A DNA stretch of 64,000 bases from Octopus bimaculoides (Eukaryota). How positions within the stretch are numbered: position 1 is the first letter of the stretch; each line of letters starts with the position of its first letter. The stretch covers positions 21,984,558 to 22,048,557 of the forward strand of contig NC_068986.1 of NCBI RefSeq assembly GCF_001194135.2, written 5' to 3'. The translations under genes were made by a program, and so were the position numbers. Positions 62,341 through 64,000 of this stretch are shown piece after piece. The notes below the pieces were generated by a model, which saw only the letters and a program-made list of their open reading frames with translations, had not been told where the DNA came from and made no database searches.

Positions 62341-62479
62341 TTGGCATTTTAAAGTGGGTCTTTTTTTTAAATTTCTAAATTAAAAACCTTCAATCAACAT
62401 TTATTAAGTTAGGTTCCAAACACCACAAAGGAAAAAGTGAGTTACTTTACTAAAATCCATCTAAAATATTAATTTAAAA

Positions 62480-62930
62480 TTTTGGCACAAAGCCAGCAAT
62501 TTCAGGGTAGGGGGAATCGATTACATCATCTCCAGTACTCAACTGGTACTTATTTTATTGACCCTGAAAGGAAGAAAGGCAAAGTCGACAACAGTGGAAT
62601 TTGAACACAGAGCATGAAGACAGACAAAATGCCACTAAGCATTTTGTCCAGCATGCTAATGATTCTTATTTCTTTATTGCCCACAAGGGGCTAATCACAG
62701 AGGGGACAAACAAGGACAGACAAAGAGATTAAGTCGATTACATCGACTCCAGTGCATAACTGGTACTTAATTTATCGACTCCGAAAGGATTAAAGGCAAA
62801 GTTGACCTCGGCAGAATTTGAACTCAGAATGTAACAGCAGACGAAATTCCGCTAAGCATTTCGCCCGGCACGCTAAAGATTCTGCCAGCTTGCTGCCTTC
62901 ATGTTAATGCTAATGATTCTGCCAACTCAC
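62480..62930 (-). mobile_element. Two tandem family C SINEs
   Basis: Same two-variant arrangement as 8270-8700. Confidence 0.75.
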
Positions 62931-63096
62931 TGTCTTATCCATCCAAAATATTGGCTACTTTTGAGTAGAACATTACTATATTTCTTTAAAAATAGGACAA
63001 AAATGTTAATGACAGCAAAGGTTAACTATTTTTTTTTTGTTTTTTTCTATTTATTTTTTTTACATAAGGCTTTGTGGAGCTAATTTACCTGGTCAT

Positions 63097-63721
63097 NNNN
63101 NNNNNNNNNNNNNNNNNNNNNNNNNNNNNNNNNNNNNNNNNNNNNNNNNNNNNNNNNNNNNNNNNNNNNNNNNNNNNNNNNNNNNNNNNNNNNNNNNNNN
63201 NNNNNNNNNNNNNNNNNNNNNNNNNNNNNNNNNNNNNNNNNNNNNNNNNNNNNNNNNNNNNNNNNNNNNNNNNNNNNNNNNNNNNNNNNNNNNNNNNNNN
63301 NNNNNNNNNNNNNNNNNNNNNNNNNNNNNNNNNNNNNNNNNNNNNNNNNNNNNNNNNNNNNNNNNNNNNNNNNNNNNNNNNNNNNNNNNNNNNNNNNNNN
63401 NNNNNNNNNNNNNNNNNNNNNNNNNNNNNNNNNNNNNNNNNNNNNNNNNNNNNNNNNNNNNNNNNNNNNNNNNNNNNNNNNNNNNNNNNNNNNNNNNNNN
63501 NNNNNNNNNNNNNNNNNNNNNNNNNNNNNNNNNNNNNNNNNNNNNNNNNNNNNNNNNNNNNNNNNNNNNNNNNNNNNNNNNNNNNNNNNNNNNNNNNNNN
63601 NNNNNNNNNNNNNNNNNNNNNNNNNNNNNNNNNNNNNNNNNNNNNNNNNNNNNNNNNNNNNNNNNNNNNNNNNNNNNNNNNNNNNNNNNNNNNNNNNNNN
63701 NNNNNNNNNNNNNNNNNNNNN
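63097..63721. other. Assembly gap (others at 2385-2952, 4985-5103, 11101-11350, 12518-12527, 13553-13627, 16137-16488, 16949-17090, 19573-19758)
   Basis: N runs. Confidence 1.
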
Positions 63722-64000
63722 NGGGGGGGGGGTCAACATAACAATAAAATAAGGAATTATTTTCACAGGATGCAGAAACATGGTTTACAGAAAAAAATGG
63801 ACCATTTTCCTTTACGTGTTGAGGAATTTAAAAATTAAAAATATAAACATATTTACGCAATGAACTTACAGAATTGTTTACAGTATCAAACAAAATGTTT
63901 AACAAGTATTTATTCTGATTCTTTACATTCTGAGTTCAAATCTTACCCAAGCCAACTTTGCCCTTCAGCCTTCCTAGGACAATAAAATAAAATACCAACC

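Noticed and set aside
62240-62350. Minus-strand MPSFW...QYCDACQ|GTAATG as a HELZ N-terminal zinc-finger exon
   Set aside because: It lies within a decayed LINE RT remnant, its phase (0) does not match exon 58516, and no completing exon was found.

Overview
AT-rich, microsatellite- and SINE-dense animal genomic scaffold with 9 N-gaps. The repeat families look like those of Octopus; this is my recognition, not a database result. Two spliced protein-coding genes lie in tandem on the minus strand, and I reconstructed both by hand with GT-AG boundaries and consistent exon phases. (1) HELZ, a UPF1-like SF1 RNA helicase with a CCCH zinc finger: 17 exons, 58516 to 34043, about 1564 codons. It has Walker [14 protein letters not shown], a PAM2 motif and a 601-aa low-complexity tail; its 5' exons are not visible. 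(2) JMJD8: 6 exons, 18776 to 4685, from the signal peptide to just before the catalytic JmjC residues; its 3' exons are not visible. The rest is mostly decayed LINEs (RTE, CR1/L2, R4/Dong, Hero/NeSL-like), Tc1/mariner remnants, several tRNA-type SINE families and several MITEs. The most notable signal is in HELZ intron 40492-41799: a 356-bp unit with 71-bp terminal direct repeats carrying a type I hammerhead ribozyme fold, in sense with the HELZ pre-mRNA. It is a candidate retrozyme or Penelope-derived element. Two more degenerate hammerhead-like motifs and an (AAT)n-associated retroelement pair also occur.
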